From positions 97,714,001 to 97,778,000 of the forward strand of contig NC_058368.1 in NCBI RefSeq assembly GCF_018350175.1: a stretch of 64,000 nt of DNA, read 5' to 3'. Under the pieces are notes generated by a model, which was not told the DNA's origin, ran no database searches, and saw nothing but the letters and a program-made list of their open reading frames with translations. Shown piece by piece: positions 39,506 to 51,825 of this stretch (position 1 is its first letter; each line of letters begins with the position of its first letter). This stretch comes from Felis catus. Lineage: Eukaryota. The position numbers were made by a program, and so were the translations under genes.

Positions 39506-40551
39506 AGGAATTCTTAACACCCTTATCCTCTTGTCTTTGGGTCCAGCGCGCTCTGGGCTGTCCTTCCTGGGTTTCAGTGAGCAGCAGAATTCAGGGTTCA
39601 AACGTCATAAGGCAGATGTGGACAAATGACTAAGACAGCAGGGTGCTGGTTTAGTTTTCTGTGAAAGAAAGGACTGCTCTCTGGAGCTTTAGGCTTGAGT
39701 TCAAGGATACCAAAAACTCTCAGTGCTCTAGAATCACAGCTGTCTGTAGACAACTCCAGCTGTAGCTTCGCTTCCCTTTCCAAATGCAGTTTGCCCTAAA
39801 TCGAAGCCGTGTTCCCTTCAAAAGCTGCTCTTCTCTCACTATTCCTTATTTTGAAGAATGGCCCACCATAACCTAGATTCTCAAGCCAGAAATACCGGGG
39901 TTCAATCGTTCCTCACATTCACAGTCAACTAATCACAAAGAGCTGACCCCATTTCCAGAAATATCTCCAGATTTTCCCTCTCCAACATTTCCTCTGTCTT
40001 ACTTTGAATCTCCAAGATTTTTCCCAGTAGGTTTCTGCTCACCTTGTTCACTTCCAACCAATCGTCAATAATGAGGCAGAGTGAGCTTTCCACGATGTTA
40101 ATGTGTAGTCTGGAGGAATCCTGCTTAAAACCATTTGCAATAAGTTAAAACAGCTAAACATGATCTGACCGACTGGCTATTTCTGCGGCTTTACATCCTC
40201 CCTCCCCCGCATCTAGCTAGTGTTTCCATTGCCTGTAATATTCGTTGTTTGCAGAGCTCACTTTTTAAGGGTCTTTGTGCATCATCTCCTTTGGAAATTC
40301 CCCCTTTCACCCTAAGGATAGGGGCCGTTTATTTTGGCACTAGTTGCAGACCTGTACAGATTTGTCATGTGTTTTATCATGCTGTAAGGTCATGAGAGGC
40401 TTACCTTTAGTAACTTTAAACACCTCTGGAGGACCTGATTGTTCATCTGTAAACTTGTGTCTACCGCCTGTAAGTATTGAATCAGTGATAAATGAATCAC
40501 ACCATATGACCTTTCTCTTTAAAAATTTTTTAACGTTTATTTATTTTTGAG

Positions 40552-40552
<1 letters not shown>

Positions 40553-40590
<38 letters not shown>
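40553..40590 (+). repeat. (CA)n microsatellite inside a SINE
   Basis: Perfect CA run. Confidence 0.95.
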
Positions 40591-40592
<2 letters not shown>

Positions 40593-40746
40593 GTGAGTGG
40601 GGGAGGGGCAGAGAGAGAGGGAGAAACAGAATCCCAAGCAGGCTCCAGGCTCTGAGCTGTCAGCACAAAGCCCGACAGCGGGACTGGAACCCACGAACCA
40701 GGAATCATGACCTGGGGTGAAGTCACCACTCAATCCACTGTGCCCT

Positions 40747-40806
40747 CTTTTTTTTCTTTTCTTTTCTTTTCTTTTCTTTTCTTTTCTTTTCTTTTCTTTT
40801 CTTTTC
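40747..40806 (+). repeat. (TTTTC)n microsatellite from a SINE tail
   Basis: Perfect pentamer run adjoining an antisense SINE. Confidence 0.9.
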
Positions 40807-41369
40807 TTCTTTCATGTTTTATTTTTGTGACAGTGGAAGTGGGGGAGGAGCAGAGAGAGTGGGAGACAGGGTCTGAAGCAGGCTCTGCAGTGAGCAGTGA
40901 GTCTGATGCGGGGCTGGAACTCACAAACGTCCAGATCTTGACTTGAGCTGAAGTCCGACACTTAACCAACTGAGCAAACCAGACGCCCCATATGACCTTT
41001 CTTAATATACAAAAGCGAAGGTCATTTAGGAGCACTTGTTAAAAGTTTGTTTTTGTTTTTGTCCCCCGAGTTTCTTCTTTGGGAGTTCACTGTCAGGGTC
41101 TAGGACTGTCCGTTTTTGACAGTTCTTGGATGATTTTCATGCATGAGGTTCAAGGATTATATTGTAAGAAATCTTTACCCATTGGTAAAGGTGCCTTTCT
41201 TAGAGGCTATGTCTTAAAGCTATTTAAGGCTAGGGCCAAAGTCCAGAAAACAGTTTTGAGTGAATGACAAAACGACAAGAGCATGGAGGTAAGCCTGGTG
41301 ACGTGTGAGCCATTTTACTGCACAGGTCCTAGGAGGTCCCACTACTTCCAGCAGCAGAAGTGGCCCTTT

Positions 41370-42160
41370 CAAGCCAAACCGCCTGAGCTGGCTCTTGCAG
41401 CCACGTGAAGCACGCCGGACTACATTTCCCAGAGTTCCAAGGGATTCTCGCGCGCGCGCACTTGGAAAACTTCGGCGTCCTTCCCTAAAACCCGCAGGTC
41501 ACTCCCATCCTGCCTCCGCGTCTCCCTCTCTCCTTTCGGTCTCTCAGTCTGAGCTGCGGCATTTCGGCTTGTGCGTGTGTCGCAGGCAGGACTCATGGCC
41601 TCGCCGCTGCGATTCGACGGGCGGGTGGTACTGGTCACCGGCGCGGGGGGAGGTGAGCATGCGAAAGCCGGAGGGCGGACGCCGGTCTAGCTGTTGCACC
41701 CTGAGACCCCCTTTTCGTCTCAGGCAGGATACCCGCGCAGCCAGAGCTGCATTCCTGGCGTCGGGGCTGCGGGCAGCGGTGGGGCGGCGGGAGTAGGCGA
41801 TTTGTGGAGACCCACTGGACCCGGTGGGCCGGGAGGGAGGACGGGTAACAGCTGTTCTTGGGTCGTCGACTCTGCCGAGCAGGGAGAGGTGGGCCTGGCC
41901 AGCACTGAGTGGGGAGCCATCAACACCTCGTCACACAGTCCCATGCAGCTCGCTTCCTGCCTCACCTTCCTTGTGGCTGCTTCCCAAGGCCTTGGGTCTT
42001 GCAAGACGGAGGCCGGGCTGGACTACGGCTTGCAGGACTGGGTAAAAGTTGCTAATGACGCTCGATCGCGACCCTTCTTGCGACTCTTAGGCCTGTCGTC
42101 AAGTCTTTTAAAGGTTGCAGGAAAGTCGTTCGAGGCAGGAACCTCCCGCCGCACCCACCC
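41370..42160 (+). promoter_or_regulatory. HSD17B4: HSD17B4 CpG-island promoter / exon 1 / start of intron 1
   Basis: High GC and CpG density. E-box CACGTG at 41402-41407, GACTACATTTCCCAGAGTTCC at 41418-41438 (ZNF143/THAP11-type motif), and TCTCGCGCGCGCGCA at ~41446-41460. No obvious TATA box. Confidence 0.85.
41595..41652 (+). CDS. HSD17B4: Peroxisomal multifunctional enzyme type 2 (D-bifunctional protein), coding exon 1
   Basis: ATG...MASPLRFDGRVVLVTGAGG(G), 58 nt, donor gtgagc. Contains the start of the SDR TGxxxGxG motif. Confidence 0.96.
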
Positions 42161-45100
42161 CCAGCAGAAGAGTAGAGATGTCAGCCCCTTGCCTTTGAAA
42201 AGTCAACCATGCAGTGTTTCTTTTCATCTGTTGGTTGATTTGGGCATCTTGAGAAGTTCCTCTTTAAAGAAGTTATCTGATAAGAGTCTTCTTGTTGAAG
42301 TTTAAGTTGGTATGCTTATCAAGCCTCAAATGCCTACAGTAGTCAGGCAGGCGTTAGTGTGGGAGTGGAGTGGGGACAAACTGATGGGCAGAGACATTTC
42401 TGAAGTAGACCAGATCTTCCTGTATTTCGGGAGAAACAAAATGGAGATTTGTTATGTGAAATAACCCCATTCTTGAAGGAGAAAAAACTAAAACCACTCA
42501 TACCCATACCATACCCATACCGGTGTTTGGCAGTGTGATTTTACAGTGTTTCCCCTCTGTAACCACCACATGTAGGGATCTTGACCTTCAGTGCCTTTGA
42601 ATCCCCTTTGGTGGTACCTTATATCTAAAATAGACCTAATGTGTAATTAATTTAAATTGTGTATTAACAGTCACATCAGTGGAATTATTCCAGTTGGTCC
42701 ATTTGTATCTTTGTATCTCCATTGATAGAATGGATTCTAATGCTGCCTTTTGGAAAGTGCTTTAGTATTAATTGGTGGCCAAGTTTGTATTCCTCGCTAT
42801 ATTCATTCTAAAATGATCGTATGTCCTTAGGAAAACATTTGGTTTACACTTTGCTTTTGATGGAAATAATTAAGTGATGCCCTCAGTGTTTTAAGCCTCT
42901 TTTGATAGTGATTCACAGTATGAAATGCATTTTGCACCAAGATTCAGTACACAGGTACATCATTTATATTTGAAGCAAGTTCCTGACATGGTACATAGTA
43001 AATGAAGTGCACTCTAAAATTTTCTATTCTCTTTCACTAAGTACATGCAGATTGCAAAGCCTACGAAATTGATTTTGTGAATCATTAGAGTTGTGACTCG
43101 ACAATTAAGGACTTAGTACCTCCTGTTTACAAACTGGTTTGTGTCTTAAAGAGCTGTGCAGACTTTCCATTGCCTGGATTATGATGCAATCATTAGCTGT
43201 TGCCAATATGAGGGAGTTTTGTGGTGAAGTAGAGACTGTTCCAGATCATCATTGGGGAAGGGAGCTAGGGATCAAATTCCAGTCCTGCCACAGAGGCCAT
43301 TGTCCTTGAGTCTTGGGGTTCTTATTTAGAGATCCAAACCCATTGAACTGAGGTAGTGCTGAACATCTCTGGAGAGGGTGTCCATGAATGCCTACTGGGC
43401 CTGTGTGGGAATTAGTCTGACTTCAATCCACTCATATTCTGCAGCTAAAGAGAAATATATCTGCATTATTAAAGTGTTGCTGTGTAGCTTGAAATATAGA
43501 TTAGTTTAATGTATTTCAGGAGCAACAAAATGGGAGATTTATTACGTGAAATAACCTGATAGGAGAGGTTTAGAATTGTCTAGGCTTTATGTAAACACTT
43601 TTGCCATGATTGGTAGTACAACAGAGGAATAACAGGGTATAACAGCTGTTTATTAGCTGACTGAAATGGTTATTGGGGATGTAACTGTTGAGAGTGGAGG
43701 ATTTGGGCCGGGAAAGAAGGGAGTCAGGCCATTTTGAATTGGAGATGGTTATGAGATTAGCAAATGTTGGATCTGGAGATAGTGAGAAGGGTGTGAGTAG
43801 GTGGAGATCCTGAAGTCAGGGGAGAGATTTGGAAGTCATCTGAATTCCTTAGACTGATAAAGCTACAGAGTGAAAGAGTCTAGGAAGCTATTCTCAGGGG
43901 CTCCATTGTTAGAGTAGAGAGAAGTGTAAGCCATCGAAGAGAAACTGAACCAGCAGTTTGAGTTAAGAATCAACTGAGATTTAACAATGCTAAAGAAATT
44001 AAGGTCAAAAAAAAAAAAAAAAAAGAGAAGGAAAGAAATGGAGGGGAGGGGGTGATTGGCAGTGTATTTAGGTGTGGGGGAGATTTAAGACAGGATTTAA
44101 GAGATTGAGACAAAATGGAGGCTCTTGGATTTAACTTTTTGTGCCCTTGGCCCTTAAAGCCAAGTTGTGGGAAATGCAAAAGAGTGACATATTCAATCTC
44201 AGCCATCAAGAGCCTTCTAGTTTAAGTGGGGAGGCAGACTAATGGACATGAAGTAGTTAAATAATGTTTACCTAAGCACACATGTTAGAATCTGGAAGGA
44301 CCCTTACCAGTCTGCTGTGGGCTAGTGGTATTGGAGGAAAAAGGAGGCTGTCATTTTTTACTTTGTGTGCAGATTTGTGTACAGTTTGTATGGGCCTTTG
44401 TGATAAAAGTACATCACTTAAAATCTTTTGAGAGAACTGTGTATCTTGATTTTAAGTTGAGGTAATTTTCTGATTAGGTCACTCTCTCTCCGAGAGACCT
44501 ACCCTGTTCCTTTCATCTGATGATTTTCTACTGTGTTACCATTAATTTTGCATTCTGGTCATGAGCATGTGATTTCTTTAAACACCATGTTTAGAACAAG
44601 TGCTTCAGCCTTGCTTGTATAAAATATGAGAAGACTTGAATTCTTGTATTGGCTGAGGTCTCTCTTATCCATTCAAAGTGGATTAACTTCTAAAAAAATT
44701 TCTGAAAAAGAGGCGCCTGGGCGGATCAGTTGGTTGAGCGTCCCACTCTTGATTTTGGCTCATGTCATGATCCCAGAGTTGTGGGATCAAGCCCTGAGTC
44801 AGGCTCCGCACTGAGCATGGAGCCTGCTTGGAGTTCATTTTTTTTCTCTCTCTCCCTCTGCCCCTCTTCCTGCTCTCTCTCTCTCTAAAAAAAAAAAAAA
44901 AAAAAAAAAAAGGTGAATTAACTTGTAAAATAAATTATTTGGTGATATCTTTCAGTTTTGGAAAACTATCTTTTGGGTTCTTTCTTCTTTGTATACTTCT
45001 TTATCCATTTAAATTAAATTTAAGCTACTAATCACATTTGCCAATCAATTTAAATAAAAAATGTATACATGCTAAAACAATTTAAACAATACAAAAGCAA

Positions 45101-45719
45101 ACATTCCTCTCTTTAAATGTCTACTAATTTCTGAGAGAGTGAGAGAGACAGCATGAGTTTACTTACTTTTGAGAGGCAGAGAGAGAAGGAGACACAGAAT
45201 CTGAAGCAGGCTCCAGGCTCCAAGCTGTGGGGCTTAAACCCATGGACCACGAGATCACAACCTGAGCTGAAGCTGGACACTCAACCGACTGAGCCACCCA
45301 GGCGCCCTGCAAGATTTCCTCTCTTGGTTGCTAGTCACACACTTCTGTTTCCCAGAAAACTCCTAAGTGTATATATATTTTCAGATAACAAATTTACACC
45401 TCATACCTTTGAGTCAGAATTAAATATTTTTTGTGTTTGGTGATTATGTAGTCAGGGTTCAGTGCAGGATATAGAAATCTCTAGATATTTGGAGCAGGAA
45501 AGGATTTAACACAGGCACTGGGTCTTAGGCACTTCCTTTTGCATTGACTTGTGGAACGATATGGAAGTGGTTCATTAGGGGAGCTACTACCCCTGGGCTG
45601 CTTCTGGAACTGCTGCAGCCCAAACAGCCCTGGATATCAAGGATCTAGAGAATGGAAGGTGCTGTCCAGAGATTAGGGAGCTAGATCAAGAAGTTGCCCC
45701 TATAACCACTGTTTCCTTG

Positions 45720-45878
45720 TTTTCTCTTCTCTTTCTTTTCTTTTTCTTTTCTTTTCTTTTCTTTTCTTTTCTTTTCTTTTCTTTTCTTTTCTTTTCTTTT
45801 CTTTCTTTCTTTCTCTTTCTTTCCTTCCTTCCTTCCTTCCTTCCTTCCTTCCTTCCTTCCTTCCTTCCTTCCTTCCTT
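45720..45878 (+). repeat. Compound (TTTTC)n/(TTTC)n/(TTCC)n pyrimidine microsatellite
   Basis: About 160 bp of pure pyrimidine sequence at the tail of an antisense SINE in HSD17B4 intron 1. Confidence 0.92.
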
Positions 45879-46472
45879 TTTCTTTTGTTTATTTATTTAT
45901 TTTGAAAGCGAGAGAGTGAGCAGAGGAGGGGCAGAGAGAGAGGGGGAGAGAGAATTCCAAGCAGCCTCTGTGCTGTCAGCACACAGCCTAACACAGGGCT
46001 CGGTCTTATAAACCATGAGATTATGACCTGAGCTGAAATCAAGAGTCAGACGCTCAACTGATTGAGCCACCCAGGTTCCCCACTCACTGTTTCTTAATAT
46101 CTAGGAAACTTCAAGAAATCAGCCTCTTAAGCAACAGCAACAGCCAGAAGTCACAGTAAGGTAACTTTTGCCTCCTTTCCACCTTCCAGGTAGGCAAATA
46201 CATGTAATGGTGGTGCCCACATCGAGCCAGCCTAGCAGCTAGGTAGAGGGGTAGGAAATGGTAGGCAAAATAGATAGAAAATATAGTTTTAAGCTTTCAG
46301 ACCTCTATAGGTTGAAGAAGGTAAAGTAGATGTTGAGAGTACCAATGAAGACACTACCACTGTAATATAATTAATTCCTCACCAGTTACTTTGAAATAGG
46401 GGTTGATTTGAGCGGACCAAAAAAATGATGCCAACATTTGGTCGACTTTCTGATTATTTTATTTTTCATTAG

Positions 46473-46526
46473 GACTGGGCCGAGCCTATGCCCTGGCGTT
46501 TGCAGAAAGAGGTGCATCAGTTGTTG
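46473..46526 (+). CDS. HSD17B4: HSD17B4 exon 2
   Basis: ttag|(G)LGRAYALAFAERGASVV(V)|gtaagt, 54 nt. Confidence 0.96.
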
Positions 46527-49500
46527 GTAAGTTGATATTTTTCTTTTTAATGAGTAGCTGGTATTTAAAGTAGAGTCTTCACAAGTCAGCCAGCTTTGCC
46601 TTTATAGCAAATAATTTGCCCAAGTCAGATTTCATCACTGGTTAATTTCTTCTGCCAGCACAACTGTCCTCCTTGAGAATGACTTTATAAATTACTTTTT
46701 AAAGTAGACTAGTTTCACAGACTTTGCACATGAACAGAATTGATAAAGATGGTCAGGCATTTATTGTATAAAAGGAAGTTCTTGAATTTGGTAAATTGCC
46801 AGCTTTAAGTTTTTGAGATAGAAGGCTTGTTCGAGATGAATCTGTGTAAGTAAGTATATTGATAAGAATAAGAAGTATTTTGAGGACTAGAAGTTTGGAA
46901 TCAGAGAATCCAAAGTATGTTGTTGCTGTTTTTTTTTAAACCTCTTTCATTAAAATTTTTCACATGGAAGCTTTTTGCAACACATTTTTAAAGTTTTAAT
47001 TGGAGAGGCAGTTGCATGAATTTGATTATGGCTCATCAGTTAGAAGATGCTGTACTGAAGAATCCCAAAGGTGGGAGGTTGTAGGAATCTAAATGTTTTG
47101 GACTGACATGATGTGGTGTGCACACGGGAGTGGATTCGTCTTCAGCCATTCCTTTCTGGGGAATAAATGAATGAGTGTTCAGTGCAGGGTAGGTGGGTAA
47201 GGCAGATGATATGGCCCAATATTTATTAGTATCTTTGCTGGGATAAAATTGTTCGCCCATGATGACTTTCTATAGCCCTTTTTTCTACCTCTTACTAAGG
47301 AATACAGAGAAACAAATTTCCTCCAATTTGTTTATGGAGCCATGCATAACAAAAGGGTAAGTGCATAGCCTGGTTTTCTAAAGAACACCCAAGCAGGACA
47401 TTTGAATATACTCTTCTCCCTCAGTGTGGATCCGTTGCTTATCTTTTTTTTTTTTTTTTTTAATTTTTTAAAATGTTTATTCATTTTTGAGAGAGAGAGA
47501 GAGAGAGACAGACAGAGTGCAAGTTGGGGAGAGGCAGAGAGAAAGGGAGGCACAGAAACCCAAGTAGGCTCCAGGCTCTGAGCTGTTAGCACAGAGCCTG
47601 ATGTGAGCCCAAACCCATGAACTGTGAGATCATGGCCTGAACCGAAGTCGGACACTTAACCGACTGAGCCACCCAGGTGCCCCTATGTAGCTTACCTTTA
47701 TGGAAGGGACACAGAGTCTTTGGATGTTCCTTGCTTAAGGTCATGTCCACTGTCCATTAATCCCATCTTCTTGTGACAAGGACACATTTTGACACTGTGG
47801 AATTTAGCTAGAGGGTATATAGTTCCGGCCTTCTTTGCCACATTTTCCCAAGATATTTCATGTTTTTACTGTTTTGTCTTTTTTTTTTCTTTTGCTATCC
47901 ATTTCTTAATATTATTAACTTTTAACTTTTATGCATTTACATTTTTTTTTCTACTCACTTCTGTAAGTATAAGGTCCTTGTTTTATCTTCTCTATCTCCT
48001 ATAGGACCTGGAATATATCCTTGTGAAAAGAAGGTACTTTATTCCTTGGGGCCCTTGTTGTTGTTTGAAGCAGACTTGTTCTGGAGGGAATGGGGGAGGG
48101 CCTGGTGTGTGTTTGAGACTGGTTGGATAAAGTCCTACTTGTCGTGATTAGGTATAATCTTAGTTTATAAACTTGTTTTGGAGAGAAATTTACAGCAATG
48201 TGTGTTTGTGTGGATCAGGTTCCCTATATTTTTGTGTTACCGCTGAACTTACTAAATTGGGGAGAGGAGTTTTTGAGTTCCAGCAAGCAGATAAATAGGC
48301 ATGGCATGTCCCTTAGAGGAGTGTTGCCACAAGTGCTGGTAGAACTCTGGCGAGGCAGGCAGTTTTGCCCCTTGGAAAAATATTTGTCAAACTTGATTGA
48401 AGAGCCAGAGGGGAGAAGTCAGACTGTGTCATACTGCTTAGCTTTTGGCTGATATTTTCTACAGCTTTTTATTCTGTGACTTACCCATGAGCTTCCTAGG
48501 CCAGCCGTGAGTCGTGTTCTTCCCCGACCACTGCTGCCCTCTCTTTCAGCTTTTGAAAACCTAGATGCCCTGCTTCCGGGGTGCCTCACGCACACTAATG
48601 TTTCTCCTTTGTTAATGTTAGTTCTGCTCGTGTATGTTTTACATGAGTAAGAAAAAGTAGAGGAATAAGTAAACCTGGAATGGCGTGACATCAGAACGTC
48701 TCGTTTGTGGGAGGGTGATTCCTCCGATAATTTTATTGACTAGCTCAGAGTCCAGTAAGAAGTAAGAACAGAGGGATAGAAGAACTTGTTTCCCATATAA
48801 GTCAACTTATGTCAGGTTATGCCGGATAAACAAATGTATCTCAGTGATGTAGAATAATAAAGGATTATTTCATGTTTTTTGTGAGCTTTCAGCTTCTGGT
48901 CAGCTGTGTCTCTGCTCTAAGTGTCTTCCTAATTTCAGGATTCCAGTTAAAGGAGCAGCTCTGTCTGGGACATTGCTGGTGGTGGATGGATGAGAAATAC
49001 CAGTGGGTCTGCTTGGTGGCTCTGAAATCCACTTCCACTCACGTTTCAGTGACCAAAGGAAATCACTTGGGCAAGCATCACTTAAGATATTCTCTAACTC
49101 TGTATTAATATGATTGCTATTTTTTTTTTAAATAGAGGTTTTTTTTTTTAAGTTTATTATTTTTTTTTCGAGAGAGAGAGCGTGCAAAAACAGGGGAGAG
49201 GCAGAGAGAGAGGGGGAGAGAGAGAATCCCAAGCAGGCTCTACACTGTCTCTGTGGAGCTGGACATGGGGCTTGATCTCATGAACCGTGAGATCATGACC
49301 TGAGCTGAAATCAAGAGTCGGACGCTTAACCACCTGAGCCACCAGGGTGCCCCTGATTGCTGTGTTTTATGTTGCATAATAGAAAACCTTAGGGGAGGTT
49401 TCAGTCTGGGCATAAGGACTGCTCAGCCTTTGGCTAATAGTTACAACAAAGGATGTTTGGTTTTCTAGAAACTATAGCTTACAGGAAATGTTTGCCCATA

Positions 49501-50489
49501 TTTGAAGGGAATGCTGGGAATGGAATAGTTTTGAATTTTGCTCAGTAGGTGAGCCGTGTCCACTACTCTAATTATTAAGTTTTCTCTTGAGGGCACAAAC
49601 ATGAAAAAAACTGAAGTTATGCAGCAAGAAGAACCTCTTCTTTGACAGTAAGCAAGGAGGAACGTTTTCTGTTCTTGAGCTGGAGAAGTAGCACCTTTGG
49701 GTAACCGAAATCCTAATCCTCTTGTGTGAGGTGGGCACCATTTCTTTCCTGGGCTACAGTTACACAGTGACTGGTAAAGATGCCTTTCAGATTCTTGGGG
49801 GCTGATGCCAGAGCCCATGTTTCTACCCCTGTGTGATCCTCATGGCCAAAAGCTGAACCGTGGTGGGGAAAGTGAGCTGCCTTTGAAGTTAGGTCACGTT
49901 TCCAGTCCTGGCCATACTGCCTAATCGTGTGACCTCTCACACACTGTTGGTAACCACCTTGTCTGACTTTCAGGATTATGGTAGGGGTTCAGTGGCATCA
50001 ACAATTTGATGTCTTTCTAAGGGGAAAGCAAGGAGCCAGTAGTCAGGACTGCCTGCCACGTGCTGGGCACTGTGCTCAGGACTTGGATATATGTCACAAC
50101 TCACGGGCATCCCGGCCTCCTTATCTAACACGTGTTCCTTTTCTAGATTCTTAGAGAAAAGGGCCTGCCTTATGTACTGAGGTATTCTCTTCACGTGTGA
50201 GCATAGTGCTTCGCTTAGTAATCAGTCAAGACCTACGTGCTGATGAAGGGAATGGGTTACATGACACACGGAGATCACGAGAAAGCACATGTGGATTCCG
50301 GCTTATAATAAATGACCTATACATGCAATGCTCACATCTTCCCCAGATGCTTCCTATGACTGTCACTAACCCACGTTATGGGTGACAGCCTGTAAAGATA
50401 GCTTTAGAATAGCTCTTAGCCATTTATCGCTTAAAAACCCTGGTTTTGAGAAACTAAAAGTAATCCATACAGTTTGTAGCATCATCTGG

Positions 50490-51028
50490 GCTCATTTATT
50501 CATCCAGCACTTAATTTACTGGGTGCTTGTTAGGTAGCAAGTATTGCTCTAGGAGTCGAGGAGGTGGAGTGGGGAATAAAACTGACAGGGGCCCTGCTTT
50601 CACAGAGCTGACGTTCTAGGGGTGGGTGGTGGGGAGACAGACAGTGAATACCTGTGTATATATATCAGATAACGATATGGAGAGAAAACCAGAGAGCTCT
50701 TAGGAGAGACCTACAGGCAGGGGACAAGATGGGGGGCCCAGGAGCCTATGGCAGGGGCACACCCAGTGCCTCTGTGTTGAGGCAGGGGCAGGCTCAGCAT
50801 GTTTAGGGTCAATGAGAGGGCCGGTGCAGCTGCAGCAAAATCATCACAGGGAACAAAACCAAGAGATGAGGGCAGAGAGTTCACAGGAGGCCAGGGTGCA
50901 TAAGACCATTTAGTTCTGAGTCAGGACCGGCTTTTACCCTGATGGAGATGGGAAGCCTTTGGTGAGTGTGAATGGCAGAGCAGCATGCCCTAATTTAAAT
51001 TTTATTTATTTTAATTTTTTTAAGTTTA

Positions 51029-51071
<43 letters not shown>

Positions 51072-51825
51072 CACGAGTCAGGGAGGAGCAGAGAGAGAAG
51101 GAGAGGGAGAATCCAAGCCGGCTTTGCACTGTCAGCACGGAGCCTGACTTGGGGCTTGAACTCATAAACTGCGAGATCATGACCTGAGCTGAAGTTGGAC
51201 GCTTAACCGACTGAGCCACCCAGGCGCCCTGAAGTTTTAAATGGATCACTCTGCTTGCCATGTGGAGAATGATTGCAGAGGAGCAAGGATCTTAGAAGTG
51301 GAGGAGGATGATGGGCTCGTTGGGGCTTTTATGCTATTAACTCCTCTTGTCACTCTTGTGATTTTCCACGAAAAAAGAGAGGGGGTGGGTAAGAAGTGGA
51401 AACAGAGTCCTGTCAAGATACTGCAGTAATGCATGTAAGAGACGGTGGTGATTTAAACAGGTCACAGGAGTGTAGGTGGTACAAAGGGGTTAAATTCTGG
51501 GTATATCGTGAAGGTAGATATGGCTGGATTTGCTGATTTGCTAATGTGGGTTGCAAGGGAAGGCAGAGGATAGAATGGCCATTTACTGAGACAAGAAGCC
51601 CTGAAGGAGGGCCAGATGGGCAGAGAGGAGGCGCTCCTGGTAGACTTTCAGACAGTTATTAAGTAGGCAGTGGGATACGCGACTAGTGGGGGACACAGGC
51701 GAACTATATAAATCTGGAGATTCTCAGTTTATAGGTGGTATTTGAAGCCAGGGGACTGGATCAGGTTACCCAGGTAGTAAGTATGAATGAGAAAGAGAAG
51801 AGGTCCGAGGACGGAACTCTGGATG
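50490..51825 (-). mobile_element. L2 fragment interrupted by a SINE
   Basis: cattatt-like 3' end (catttattcatccagcacttaatttactgggtgct), gccctgctttcacagagctgacgttctagggg and tggtatttgaagccaggggactggatcag are typical of L2. Confidence 0.65.

Noticed and set aside
41305..42305. 163-aa and 203-aa ORFs over the HSD17B4 5' end
   Set aside because: GC-rich CpG-island sequence is depleted of stop codons. There is no recognisable domain, and the real exon 1 is in another frame.
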